The translations under genes and the position numbers were made by a program. A stretch of DNA of 64,000 bases, taken from the human T2T-CHM13v2.0 reference genome, Homo sapiens. Under the pieces are notes generated by a model. The model was not told the DNA's origin. It ran no database searches and worked only from the letters and a program-made list of their open reading frames with translations. Location: assembly GCF_009914755.1 (NCBI RefSeq), contig NC_060929.1, one strand, 5' to 3'. Shown here piece by piece: positions 1 through 11,661 of the stretch (positions are counted from its first letter, which is position 1; each line of letters starts with the position of its first letter).

Positions 1-764
1 CTTAGAGAAATGCAAGTCAAAGCCACAATAAGATATTGTCCCATGCCATTAAGAATGGCTATTATTAAAAAGTAAGAAAATAACAGATGCTGGCAAGGTT
101 GTGGAGAAAAAGGAATGCTTACACACTGTTGGTGGTTGTATAAATTTGTTCAACTATTGTGGAAGACAATGTGGTGATTCCTCAAAGACCTAAAGACAGA
201 AATACCCTTCAACCCAGCAATCCCATTATTTGAGTGTATACCCAAAGGAATATAAATCATTCTATTATAAAGACACATGCATGGGTATGTTTATTGAAGC
301 ACCTTTCACAATAACAAAGACATGGAATCAACCTAAATACGCATCAATGATAGATTGGATTAAAAAATTGTGGTACATATATACCATGGGATACTATGTA
401 GTCATAAAACAGGATGAGATCTTGTCCTTCACAGGGACTTGGTTGGAGCTGTAAGCCATTATCCTTAGCCAACTAATGCAGGGAGAAAAAAAAAATACCA
501 CATGTCCTCACTTAAAAGTGGGGCTAGAAGATGATGACACATGGACACATAGAGGGGAAGAATACACACTGGGGCCTATCAGGAGGGTGAAAGGTGGGAG
601 GAGGAAAAGGATCAGGAAAAATAACTGATGAGTACTAGGCTTAATACCTGGGTGATAAAATGATCTGTTTTACCAAACTCCCATGATCCAAGTTTACCTG
701 TGCAACAAACCTGCACATGTACCCCTGGACTTAAAATAAAATTTACAAAGAAGAAAAAGAAAAA
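1..764 (+). mobile_element. L1 3' end (ORF2 C-terminus + 3'UTR + A-rich tail), older L1PA (about L1PA13-16)
   Basis: ORF 230-454 resembles the L1 ORF2 C-terminus (KTWNQPK, MIDWIKKLWYIYTMGYY). 3'UTR contains 'ggcttaatacctgggtgat...cctgcacatgtacccctggacttaaaataaaa' followed by an A-rich tail. Confidence 0.93.
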
Positions 765-1341
765 TTGGTTTAAGTGTATATTTCCTAAATTAAAGATAAA
801 CGTTGAATTTCACTTAAAATGTAAACAAACATTTTATTCTCTCAATGCTGACCAAAGCCTTTGTTTTGAGTATGGGGGATTATTCTCAATCGAGTTTCCT
901 GTTGTCTTTCTTGTATACCCGGAAGACTTTTTTAGCAGCTAATTTTATTTTCCTACAGTGGGGAGAGAATGTAAGTACATTTTTGTAATAGTTTGGTCTC
1001 ATCATCCTTTGAGTTTTATAATCTTTTTTCCTCAATTACATCTTATACTTGTCTCACACTACCTTGACAGTGATTATTCTGATTCACCTTTATTATTTCC
1101 AAAGCATGCAATTTTCTTAATAGAACTCTTTTTTCTAATGATTTTTAAGTGCTTATTTAATTTAATTAATGCATATAATTGAAAAGAGCAGTAAAACTGG
1201 CTTGAACAGTTTTATAAGAGCTGGCTGAGTCTTAATAAGCGTTACACTTAATGCAGAGAGAAGTGTGTGGCTCACTAGAGAATAGCTACAAGCTTAGTGA
1301 ATTAAGAGAGCTTTGGACCCTAGACAGGAGGTGTTACAGAG

Positions 1342-1545
1342 GAATGGCTCTCAAATATGATTGATTTTTCCCCTCAGGGACATTTGGCAATGTCAGGAGA
1401 CATTGGCACGACTGTTCAGGGGAAAGATTGTTATTGGTATCTGGTGAGTAGGAGCCAGGGATGCTGGTAAACATCATGCAGGGTACAGGGCTGCCCTCAA
1501 AACAAGGAATTGTCTGTTAATAGTTTCACTGTGAAGGTACCTTGC
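1342..1545 (+). mobile_element. MER20 (hAT-Charlie DNA transposon), degraded
   Basis: 'cagggacatttggcaatgtcaggagacatt' and 'gccagggatgctggtaaacatc' match the recalled MER20 consensus. Confidence 0.85.
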
Positions 1546-4229
1546 TTATAGAGGAAATGGAGAGCTTCTAAGCCTCTGAGCCCTTTAAGAGGAATACATA
1601 TTGGAAATGTTATTGTTTCAACTACTAGGGTTTGTTCGCATCCAGAGGCAAGTTGAAAAGTCGTATTTTCTTCAACCTTTCATATTCCATAGCAAAATAA
1701 ATATTAGGTTGTACATAGAAAGTACTTGATAAATTCTTGTTCAATGATACAGATACAGGATGCAAAAATGATTTGTTACAAGCCAAAGGGGAGGTAAAGA
1801 AAAATGTTATAATGAAAATAAAGATGGAGCATGTGAAAGACTTAAGAAGGTGGAAAAGTGGCAAAAGTCAAGGATATGTTTCCAAAAAGTTTCTGATATG
1901 CTCTCTTTTGTGAGCAAAAGGCTTTTCTATTACAAACTGTTTCAAGCAACCTAAAATATCATGTTCTGTGATTTTAGAAGTTTACAAGTATGGGGCCATA
2001 TGCACAATATACGTACTTGAGATTAACCTGAATTACTGCTAAATTTAACCTTGCTTACACATAAATGCAAGCTATACAAGCCAGTTGGATTGTTTTAAAA
2101 AGAGATGAATAATATTGAAAATTTTTTTTACCAATAGGACTGAAAAAAGGACATTTCTTTAAAAGATATTTTATATAATATTACATCTCTCTACTTGGAA
2201 GATACTTTCACTTCTAGATTTAGAACTAATTTTCTAAAAATTATACTCATTTGAATTTTCAAAAATCATTATGTTTAGTTTAGGCTATAATATTTATAAA
2301 GTGCACAAAATGTTACCCTATCAATAGTTTTACCCCATTTGTTAAAATTTGTACCTAATTTGGAAATTCGACATGCCAGGAGAAATTTATAAGCAGTAAT
2401 CCATTCACTGTTTGCAAAGCAATTGGTATAACAACTAAGAGACATGCCATATTGGTAGAGGGATTAAATAGTCATAGCAGAAGTGCAGTTCATATTTGCT
2501 TTAGTAATACTGGCAGAGAGATAACATCTATTTGAGACTTACAAATGGGGTTTCATTTCCTTCAGCTACATCATACTGTATTTTGAAGGAGAGTGATTTC
2601 AGCAGGCTTTTGTCTTATGCAAGCAATACTAGCAAACCCAGCAGGATGATGAGTGCTAGATAGTTGCAAAATTGATATTAGGAGAAATTTAAGTAATTAA
2701 ACTTTAACACCTTAATATTGACTTTTGTCTGGCCTTTTACATGTAATACATTTATTATGCACAAGCAGATGCTGACATTCATGTTAGGAAGGTAAAAATC
2801 TTTGGAAAACTAAACTTGAGAGCTCCCTGATCACTATTTAATAGTAGCATCCTTTTTTGTTTGATCATTATCTACAAATGACTTTAAAGAATATTATTTG
2901 TCTTAATTTGCTTTAAAAACTCTGAAGTTTTTATCCCTATGCTGGTTTTGATATTATGCCACTTCAGCCCTATCTTCAGCCTGACTTCCTTCTCTTCCAT
3001 AAGAAATAAGTACTGAGTCAAGGGAAACTGATCATTTGCCTCTGTTTTAGGATAGATTTATAGGCAGGTCATAGGTCTAGGAAACTACCATAGCATCACA
3101 GTCTGGCATCAGTGTGTCTGAATTACAGACACAAGGTCCCCTGAGAAAATAGCCAGGTTCTGGAACCCTTAAATGTCATTCCAGTTGTAGCATTTATATA
3201 GTTGCAAAATGTCACATTTATTTTAAATTTCTTTTATCTAATACCTACTGAAACAGAATAGTATTTTTTTTAAAGATGAAATTGAGATTTTTTAAGTTGA
3301 AGGTAGTAAGCCAGATACTGAACTGAGAACTAAAGTTTTAAGAATACAAGAAAAATAAATCCCAGCATAGGTAACAGAATGATTTGAAAAGTGCAAAAAT
3401 AAATGTAAAAAACCATTGTGCAGAGGCAATTGAAGTAAAAGTAACCATTAGAATCACAAAAATGAAAAGGACTTTAAGTCATCATTACCAAACCTACTCA
3501 GAAGGAAGCCTTTTTAAAGTAACATAGCACAAAGAATGTTATAAATTGAGAATGTGCAGAGTGCCATGGACAAAAACAGTATAAGCAAAATAGCAGATTC
3601 TGATACAATGCTACTTTTTCTAGAAGCTTCCAAGGAGTACATGCTGAAAGATTGCTCTATGTAAAAATAAAAATATTCTGAGGTATTTTGAATCTTTGTC
3701 CTAAGCATAATAAAAGAGTCCACTGGTGAACTGTGGGAGGGTATAGGATGTTTTCACCCATTTTTGGAAAAGACCTAAGGTGGTCTAAAAAGTAAGCTGA
3801 AAGCTTATTTCCTTTCTAAGTCCAAACCAGATTCTTATATCTTATAACTCTAAAAATGAGGAAATGTCTGACATAGTAAGAAGATTTATGTGATGTAACT
3901 AAAAAGACCAAGAAATAATAAAAGTCCAAGAAAACTTGCAACTGAGTAAGCCTAGTTCATGCAACAAAGAAAAATTCCACAGTATGTATTATCTTTTCTT
4001 TTTGGGGTAATGAGGACATGAAAATTGGTCTTAAGTTGAGATAAATTATAGCAAATATGAATCGATGAATAAAATATAATATAGTTAGAATGTGAGGAGT
4101 GTGGAGATGAGGTGTAAAATAGAGATGAAAACAAAAAGACCATAACTGAGAGGATTGCATGTTAAAGATTCCAGTCTTCAAAACACTAAGGAAAATAAGA
4201 AACAAGTAACGAAGCAGGTGAGTGAAATG

Positions 4230-4660
4230 ATTATAAACAGAATAAGGTGATAGTGGTAGACACTGGGAATAGTGAAGAAATTCAAGAGATATTTAGGTCA
4301 TAGATTAAGGTGATATTGTGGTTGATTTGATATTGGTGAAAGAAAGAAGAGAGTTTTCTGATTTTTAAGTTTCTTTCATGATTTTTTTTTTAGAAATTTA
4401 ATATTTTCTGGCTTTAATTTTTTTTTAATTTTTCTGCTCAGGTTTTCTAATTTGGGTAACTTGATGAGTGGTGCTGCCAATACTGGAATTAAGAAATATA
4501 AATTTAATGCTTGGATTGATGGTATAATAAATTAATTTTTATTCATTTTGAATTTTTGTGTTCTTCTGAAGCATGAATGAGAAGAAATTTCTTAGGTTTT
4601 GTAATCAGAAAAGGCATCTGGATTAAAATGTGAATTTGAAGATTGTCAGCACATAGGTAA
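4230..4660 (-). mobile_element. L2 LINE fragment, highly degraded
   Basis: Purine-rich L2 antisense-type motifs ('attcaagagatatttagg', 'ggttttctaatttgggtaact', 'aatttgaagattgtcagcacataggta'). Confidence 0.55.
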
Positions 4661-4896
4661 CAATTACTTCACAATGATCAGTAAACTTCTTTTTAAAATA
4701 TTTGTGCTGAAAACCCAATTAAAAATGCAAACTTCTGAAAAGAGGAAAGAATTTAGAGCTAAATATATCAAAAAGATGAGAGACACATAATTGTGGTAGG
4801 AAACAAACACCAAAAAGCATTTATTAATTCTCTAGACTTATTTTGTCCTATTTCTTTTTATTTTTTGAGTATATAGTTGTAAGAAAACTACCTAAG

Positions 4897-4960
4897 AAAT
4901 TTGAAGTTTGAAGTTAATTACTAAACTAAAAAATTTGAAGTTTGAAATTAATTACTAAAC
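4897..4960. repeat. Tandem duplication, 34-bp period
   Basis: 'aaatttgaagtttgaa(g/a)ttaattactaaac' at 4897 and 4931. Confidence 0.9.
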
Positions 4961-5011
4961 ATTAGTATTTCCTCTCTTAACACTGAGTCTTTCCTTCACT
5001 GTTCATTTACA

Positions 5012-5079
5012 ATATCCCATTATTCATATATTGATAATTATATACATATCCCATTATTCATATATTGATAATTATATAC
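5012..5079. repeat. Perfect tandem duplication, 34-bp period
   Basis: 'atatcccattattcatatattgataattatatac' at 5012 and 5046. Confidence 0.92.
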
Positions 5080-5420
5080 ATTTTACATTACTCATATAAA
5101 TATGAGTGGTCTAAATAGTTATATGAGTAATTTATATATATTAGATATACATTATATATGCATATATATTTATATGTGTATATTTATTTATATGATATAT
5201 AAATATATAAATATGTGTAATATAAATATAAGAGTAATATCAAAATGTTTATATATTAAAAGAGTAACATAATTTAATATATAGGTTGTCCCACTTTTTA
5301 CTTTCTCTCATTCTAATAAAGAATCTTTGCTTTCTCACTCTTGCCTAGTTCAGAAGAGTAGAGGTTAACAGAGCAGCTCCTAGACATTTGTAATGCCACA
5401 TCAGAAAATGGATAGGCCCT

Positions 5421-5758
5421 TGCTATGGTCTGAATGCTGATGTCTCCCCAACATTTATAAGTTGGAACCTAATACCCAATGTGATAATATTGATAGGTGG
5501 GGCCTTTGGGGATTTGACTGAGTCACGAAGGATCCACCCACTTTAATGGGATTAGTGCCCTTTTCGTGCTATCGCCAAGTGAGGGTGCAATAATAGGCAT
5601 CACGTCATCTTTGAAACCTTCATTACTCACTGAGTTAATCTACTGGTGTTTTGATCTTGAACTTCTCAGCCTCCAAAACTGTGAGAAATACATTTCTATT
5701 ATTGTATTAATTACCCAGTCCAAGGTATTTTATTATAGAAGCCTGAAAGGCCAAGACA
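5421..5758 (+). mobile_element. MaLR solo LTR (MLT1A-like)
   Basis: Starts 'tgctatggtctgaatg'; contains 'ggtggggcctttgggg' and 'aatgggattagtgccctt'; ends 'aattacccagtc...aagaca'. Confidence 0.85.
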
Positions 5759-7559
5759 TCCACCAATAGGGGGAATTGATTAGAAAGAAAACTGCATTGG
5801 TCCACATCACAGAGAGACTGGTGTTAGGGAGGGAGAAAGGGAAGCTAGGAAAGAGAGAAAGGCAATTTTATGTGTGCTTTTGGTCAGTGTTGTTTGTTGT
5901 TAGACATGAAAGGACTGTAAAGACAGAAAAAATTATAGCAGTGAGTTATGAATCATATGTATTTTCAAAAATACACTAATTCTATTAATTAGTTATTTTC
6001 TTAAATTTGGCTTGTGGTTTAGATATAACTCAATGAAGAGACTGACCATGCTTGTTCACGTTTCATAAAAAGAACATAAAAAATAGATTTCTATTCATGG
6101 CAAACAGAAGATCTCACTTCTCAATCTACTGCCATCATGGGACCATGGTAAGGACACTATCTATGGTGTACTAATTGTTGGATAAGTTCAACAGGAACAA
6201 TGAATACTTCTCACTTACCGTTTAAAATTACATCATTAGCCAGACTATGTTACTGCTGATGCAAGCCATTTTAAAACTATTTAACATATAACAATGTGTA
6301 TCATTAAATGAAATGTGTATATGACACCACAATTATAATTACAAGTGTGCTGTTTTCTTTTGCTACTGTAATTACACAATAAGACATCTGATACCCAGTT
6401 TTATCTGCATAGTTATAGGAAAGTAGTGTTGACATCTATCAGCTTGAGGAAACCACACAATGAATTATCATAATATAAATTATTTGTGTTAGGCTCCATT
6501 ATGTGTACTTGAAGCTGGTGTATAGATTGATATTAGGTTTATTTTTATTCATAACCTCTGACATGACTATCATAACAATTTTGAAAAGATACATCAAATG
6601 TCAAAAATCTCATTTTGTAGATTTGAATGTTTTATTGTATAAATTAATATATATGCATTTCCAATATGTACATATAATGTAGTATATCGATAAATGTATG
6701 CATGTAATACTAAATATGAACACATATATATATATATGCAAATACAAATAGAAAGAGCAATGTTTGTTCATTAAATCCATTGTATCCAACTCAATATTTT
6801 CTGAACTGTCAAGATTTCACATTATAGCCAATGTATTTTAAACTACTAACTGCTATTATAGGTCAAAATCTTGCTAAATGAAATATTTTATTTGACTCAA
6901 GTTAGTATATATATTATTGGTGGCCCATTTGGAGATACTTCTCATCACACATATATATTTTTCTCTTTCTTTGTTATTTCTTTCTGTGATATTCTGTGTT
7001 ATAAGATAACCCCACATTATTTGCTTGTATGTTTTCCAAAACATAATGGTAACAAAATTCACATTTAAAAATATGTATGATTAAAATAGATATAAGGTTC
7101 TATATCACAGTTCCCTAGACTACATTTCTATGACACAATGTCATCTTCCAATTGATTGACTAGTCTATTGCTTAATACAGAGATGATTGAAAATATTTTT
7201 GTCAAGAGACATCCTGCACTTTATTGAAACTCAGAAAAATATATTTTCAGCTATGTATTGGTGTCTTTTAGCTCTCATTGCCACTGTCACATTTGTTACC
7301 ACTTTCTATGAAGGCCATGAGAGAAATGTGAGTAAAATGTAGAAAGTTTGAAATTTATCCAAAGCATGTTAAAATATATAGAACGTGTTGATGTTTAATT
7401 ACCCATGTCACAAGACAAACAGTACAACAAAAGTATCAGTAATAATAGCAATAATTGCAGTACAGATCTTAAAAAGGTTATATGAGTTTAGCCAGTTATG
7501 TGGATCTTCTTATACTTAAATACATTAAAATAAAGGAGATTAAGACAGTTATGACTGGT

Positions 7560-7682
7560 AAATGTTAGGTAATTAAAATTTTTACCTAACATTTTTAGGT
7601 TAGGTAGGTTAGGTTAGGTAGGTAGGTTAGGTAAGTAGGTTATGTTTGTCAGGTAATCTTAATAACCTAACAAAATTACCTA
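7560..7682. repeat. (TTAGG/TAGG)n short tract flanked by inverted repeats
   Basis: TTAGG/TAGG units at 7595-7641; perfect 13-bp inverted repeat at 7560-7572/7582-7594. Confidence 0.8.
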
Positions 7683-8206
7683 TATTTTTAATGTACAGTT
7701 ATCCAACACAATTTTCCTTTGTTTACAGACCTAAATATCTCAACTTAAGGCAAGAAAATAAAGTACAAGCAAACCAAACTTGAATTTCTCATGTTACAGA
7801 AGATGCATTCAGGATAATATTTTATATTATTGAGAAAAAGCAAAAGGTAATTACATAGGAAACCATCTCATTTAGGGGAGTGAGAATAAAATTGCTATGA
7901 TTACAATCAACACAGTGTCTAAAATTGTCTCTTCTAGCCTCAAAAAGCTGGATTAATGTGGGGTCCAATTGGAGTAAAATGATGGGTAGTACAGTAATAC
8001 ACGGAGACAATTTGTCTGTCTTTTCTAAATAAAAAATATGAAAAATGTGTGAGGCTTCTCTGTAGCTGAAGAGAAATGCTTTTCACATTCCTCGAAGCAT
8101 TGGAAGTCTAGTTTTTTCAAAAAACATTGAGCTCTGTTTCCTGCAACCAAAATGACCTTGTCCTAACAACCCCTCAAAGTGTGTTTTCTGATAATTATTT
8201 CAAATA

Positions 8207-8689
8207 CAGTGGACCTTTGAACAACAAAAGTTTGAACTGCACAAATTCATTTCTACATGGATTTTTTCAAAAAAAGTTACACCAAATATGCCTACGTCTT
8301 CTGCCTCGCCTTCTATCTCTACCACATTTTCTGCCTCGCCTTGTATCTCTACCACATTTTCTGCCTCTGCCTCCCCTGACAGCAAGACCAATCCCTCCCC
8401 CACACTTCAGCCTATTCAAAGTGAAGACATTCAGACAAAAGACCCTTATGATGATCCACTTCTACTTAAATAATAGATACATTTTCTTCCCTCTAACTTA
8501 CTTGGTCATACAAATACATTATATAATACATACAGGATACAAAATATTTGTTAATTGATTGTTTACTTTTGTCCAGAGTAGGCTATTAGTGGTTAAGTTT
8601 TGGAGGGAGTTGATGTTACACCGAAATTTTCCACTGTGAAGGAGTGGGGGAATGGCATCCTAACCCTTGTATTTTTCAAGAGTCAAGTG
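8207..8689 (+). mobile_element. Tigger2 internal-deletion derivative (Tigger2a-like, TcMar-Tigger) with internal 30-bp tandem duplication
   Basis: TA followed by TIR 'cagtggacctttgaacaac'; right TIR 'ttttcaagagtcaagtg'; internal 'tatgatgatccacttc' and 'gtaggctattagtggttaagtttt'. 8301-8330 is repeated at 8331-8360. Confidence 0.88.
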
Positions 8690-10460
8690 TCATATCATTA
8701 CTGATACCATCAACTGTTCTAATTAAATAAAATAATGTATCATATCGCTTTAGAAATGGTGATATCTCGGTACGTTAACTTCAAATTAGGAAATTATCTT
8801 GTAAGTTTGCTAGATGATATGTATGTCTTGCTAGGCAATACAAAGAACATTTGGGATCTGAATAAGCACAAGGCACAGTCATGGACCTGCAGGAGTTTAT
8901 CCCCCAATGGAAGATTAGACTTTGGTTGAGAAATCCTCCAAACGTAAACCTCAGGGAACAAATCCCTTGCCTTGAGCAAAATCACATTCCCAAAATAAGA
9001 GTCTGATCCATTTTCAAATCAATTTTGCTTGATTTAACAAATTTTCTTATATAAATCAATGAATTCACATTTTAAGAAATGTTTGAAAATAAGAATATGA
9101 AAGCAGCAATTTAGGCTCATAACTTGCCTTTATATCATATTTTTTAAATGAGAGAAACAAGTTTCTATGTGACACAAAGAGCATTTCATGATCTGAATAA
9201 TTACATAAGTTTTCTTTAAGTTATTCCCCGGCTGGGGGTGTTGGGGGGGCGGGCGGGGATACAGCAATACACAATCTACAAATGTATTCTTTTAGAAGTT
9301 AGTGTAAGGAGAGAATGTTCTATTTTATGTTTGGTTTTTGTTTTATTTAGTGTTATTGCTTTGGCATTATATCACTGTGTAATAATTATATGTGACTCCA
9401 GACACAAGGAATGCTTCCCATTTTCCTTCTCTTCTTGGAGGAAAAGAATATCTTTGTTTACATGATAATCTCATTGATAAGAGAATGATACTGAATATTC
9501 AACAGTTTCTTATTTGCCCAATGCTTTCCAGCAAAATAAACACTTTGCATGTACTCTTTAATGCAATAAATATTTACTCTATACATAGCTACTCTCATAA
9601 TTCACTTTAGGAAAGTGTGTATGTATATATGGACGTCGACATTGTCTTTCTGCTGTTATGCACACTTCCTCACAGCTGCATTCATGAACACCCACTATCT
9701 ACAGTTCTTACTCTGGTTTGGACTCAAAATATAATAATTTAAATATAATTTACCATTAGCCTAACAAATGAGTCTATGTGGTGAACTTGATTAAAGTGTT
9801 CCACTCAAAGAGTTTCCCAAATTGTTTTTAAGAAGCAGACATTATACAGTTTCCAACTGAGAAAGTGAAACTTTTTGTGGTTTTGTTTTTTAATGTGGAA
9901 CCTCTTTTCATTTTCTATCCTCTACAAAGAATATTCAGTATCTAGGTTTTATTTCAATTGTGTCTTGAAAATTCTGTCCTGGTAAATTAACACTACTTTC
10001 TTAAATTCAATTATAGTTTATGTTATTTTTAGTCTATGTAATCCTAGCTTAGGCAATTAAAATTCTACCCAGTCTTGTTATGTGGCTCTTTTATGGAAAA
10101 CATTTTTGAATCCGATGTCTTCCAGAACTCTGATCCAGTGTAACCCTTTCCAACAGACTTCAAATGATGCTGAGATAGTATTCCAGGTCTTGGTGCTTAT
10201 AAATTAGCTAAATATAATCCCTGATGTTTCCCTATTTCTGTTTTGAAATGATAGTGTTGGAACAAAATATCTTTCATTGATAACTGTAGAAGATTTTATT
10301 TACTGTTATCAAGTGGATATGGAATGGTTTACCATTATTGCCGTTATCCAGTTGATCAGAATTACTTCAAGACTTTAGTTCTTAACTTTTGCAGCTTGTG
10401 CTGTTCAACTCATGTTTATAGGATCCTAATACACATGGAAGGCATAATATATTTTTCTCA

Positions 10461-10529
10461 GGCCGGGCGTGGTGGCTCACGCCTGTAATCCCAGCACTCT
10501 GGGAGGCCGAGGGAGGCGGATCATCTGAG
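10461..10529 (+). mobile_element. Alu 5' fragment (first ~70 bp only)
   Basis: 'ggccgggcgtggtggctcacgcctgtaatcccagcac...ggcggatcatctgag', then an abrupt switch to non-Alu sequence. Confidence 0.9.
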
Positions 10530-10585
10530 AAGTAGCCTCTCCCGGACTGCGTTTAGCTGTCTCACCACCCATAGTAGTATCCTTT

Positions 10586-10891
10586 TGTTGTAGGAGTTTC
10601 TCCTTAGTTCAGCTAAAAGTGGGGTCCTTCTCAAACGACCATGAAAAATTAGGCCTGCAGACATTTTGAAGGGTGGAAAAAAAATTGAACGTTTAGCTGA
10701 AAAGGAAAAAAAAAAAAAAGGAAAACAGGGACTCAGCAAAGCGAGAGTCCTGCAAGCCGGTTTCCTGCCTTACAGATTGAATCCCAGGTACCACCCTGGA
10801 ACAGGAGAGGCCAGGCTCCTGCCCCCTGCACATGACGCAAACTTTCCAAGGCTCTACTGCAGTGTGCACTCGTTCCAGTGTGCAAGCCGGA
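10586..10891 (-). mobile_element. MER61 LTR (ERV1), main body; its 5' end is displaced by an inversion
   Basis: Reverse complement ends '...ttttagctgaactaaggagaaactcctacaaca' and contains 'gaggccaggctcc'/'gaatcccagg' motifs of the recalled MER61 consensus. Confidence 0.85.
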
Positions 10892-11139
10892 TGCAGTGGC
10901 ACGATCTCGGCTCACTGCAACCTACGCCTCCCGGGTTCAAGTGATTCTTCTGCCTCAGCCTCCTGAGGCTGAGGGATTACAGGCGCCCGCCACCACGCCC
11001 AGCTAATTTTTGTATTTTTAGTAGAGATGGAGTGTCACCATGTTGGCCAGGCTGGTCTCGAACTCCTGACCTCAAGTGATCCGCCTGTCTTGGCCTCCCA
11101 AAGTGCTGGGATTACAGGCGTGAGCCACAGAGCCCAGCC
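10892..11139 (-). mobile_element. AluS (Sx/Sz-like), 5' ~250 bp, lying inside the inverted segment
   Basis: Antisense Alu running from 'tgcagtggcacgatctcgg' to 'gagcccagcc'; no tail at this location. Confidence 0.93.
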
Positions 11140-11620
11140 CAGATTGGGCATTTTCAATTAGCTCAAGATGGGTCATCTTTTGTTGCATATTTCGGACAGC
11201 CAACTAAACTGTCAGAGCCCTTACTAACTCCTGTAGCTTCAACAGTAAATGCAGATTCTCTGCTCAGTGAGAACATATCAATACATTCAAAATGATTCAA
11301 CTTTGTGTTCTTTCCACCATTATCCTAATCATTTATATCCATTCCGACACTTCTTCTCCAGAATTTGCTTGTAGAACTTTAAAAACTCACGTAGATTTTT
11401 TTGGAGTTAGCATACTCTTGATGGGTCATGCTTTGTACCTCGCGTTTAGGTACTTGCTGATACTTGAGTCTACTTATACTTCTCGAAGCAAGGAGGAATG
11501 ATAGGTGCTGGTTCTAAGAAGAATCAGAATTGTCTTACAAGGTAACTGCCTTAGGGGAGGCCATTCCCTTTCCCTCAGGAAATGTGGGATTTATACCCTC
11601 AGATTGGAGGTGGAAAAAAG
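11140..11620 (-). mobile_element. ERVL (HERVL/ERVL-B4-like) internal gag fragment, inverted
   Basis: Reverse complement reads 'ggaatggatata...ggataatggtggaaagaacacaaagttgaatca...gcagagaatctgcatttactgttgaagct...aaaagatgacccatc...gaaaatgcccaatct', collinear with recalled HERVL gag. Confidence 0.85.
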
Positions 11621-11660
11621 TGAGATAGCCAAGTATAAAGGGGTCACCGAAGAACCTCCA
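11621..11660 (+). mobile_element. MER61 LTR 5' terminal ~40 bp (inverted relative to its body)
   Basis: 'tgagatagccaagtataaaggggtcaccgaagaacctcca' matches the MER61 start (TGAGACAGCCA..AAGGGGTCCCCGGAGAA.CTCC). Confidence 0.8.
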
Positions 11661-11661
11661 T

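Noticed and set aside
7595-7641. Interstitial telomere or arthropod (TTAGG)n contamination
   Set aside because: Short, mixed TTAGG/TAGG units rather than TTAGGG, embedded in continuous primate sequence.
8127-8558. 143-aa and 61-aa ORFs with repeated peptide motifs
   Set aside because: Explained by the 30-bp duplication inside a non-autonomous Tigger2 derivative.
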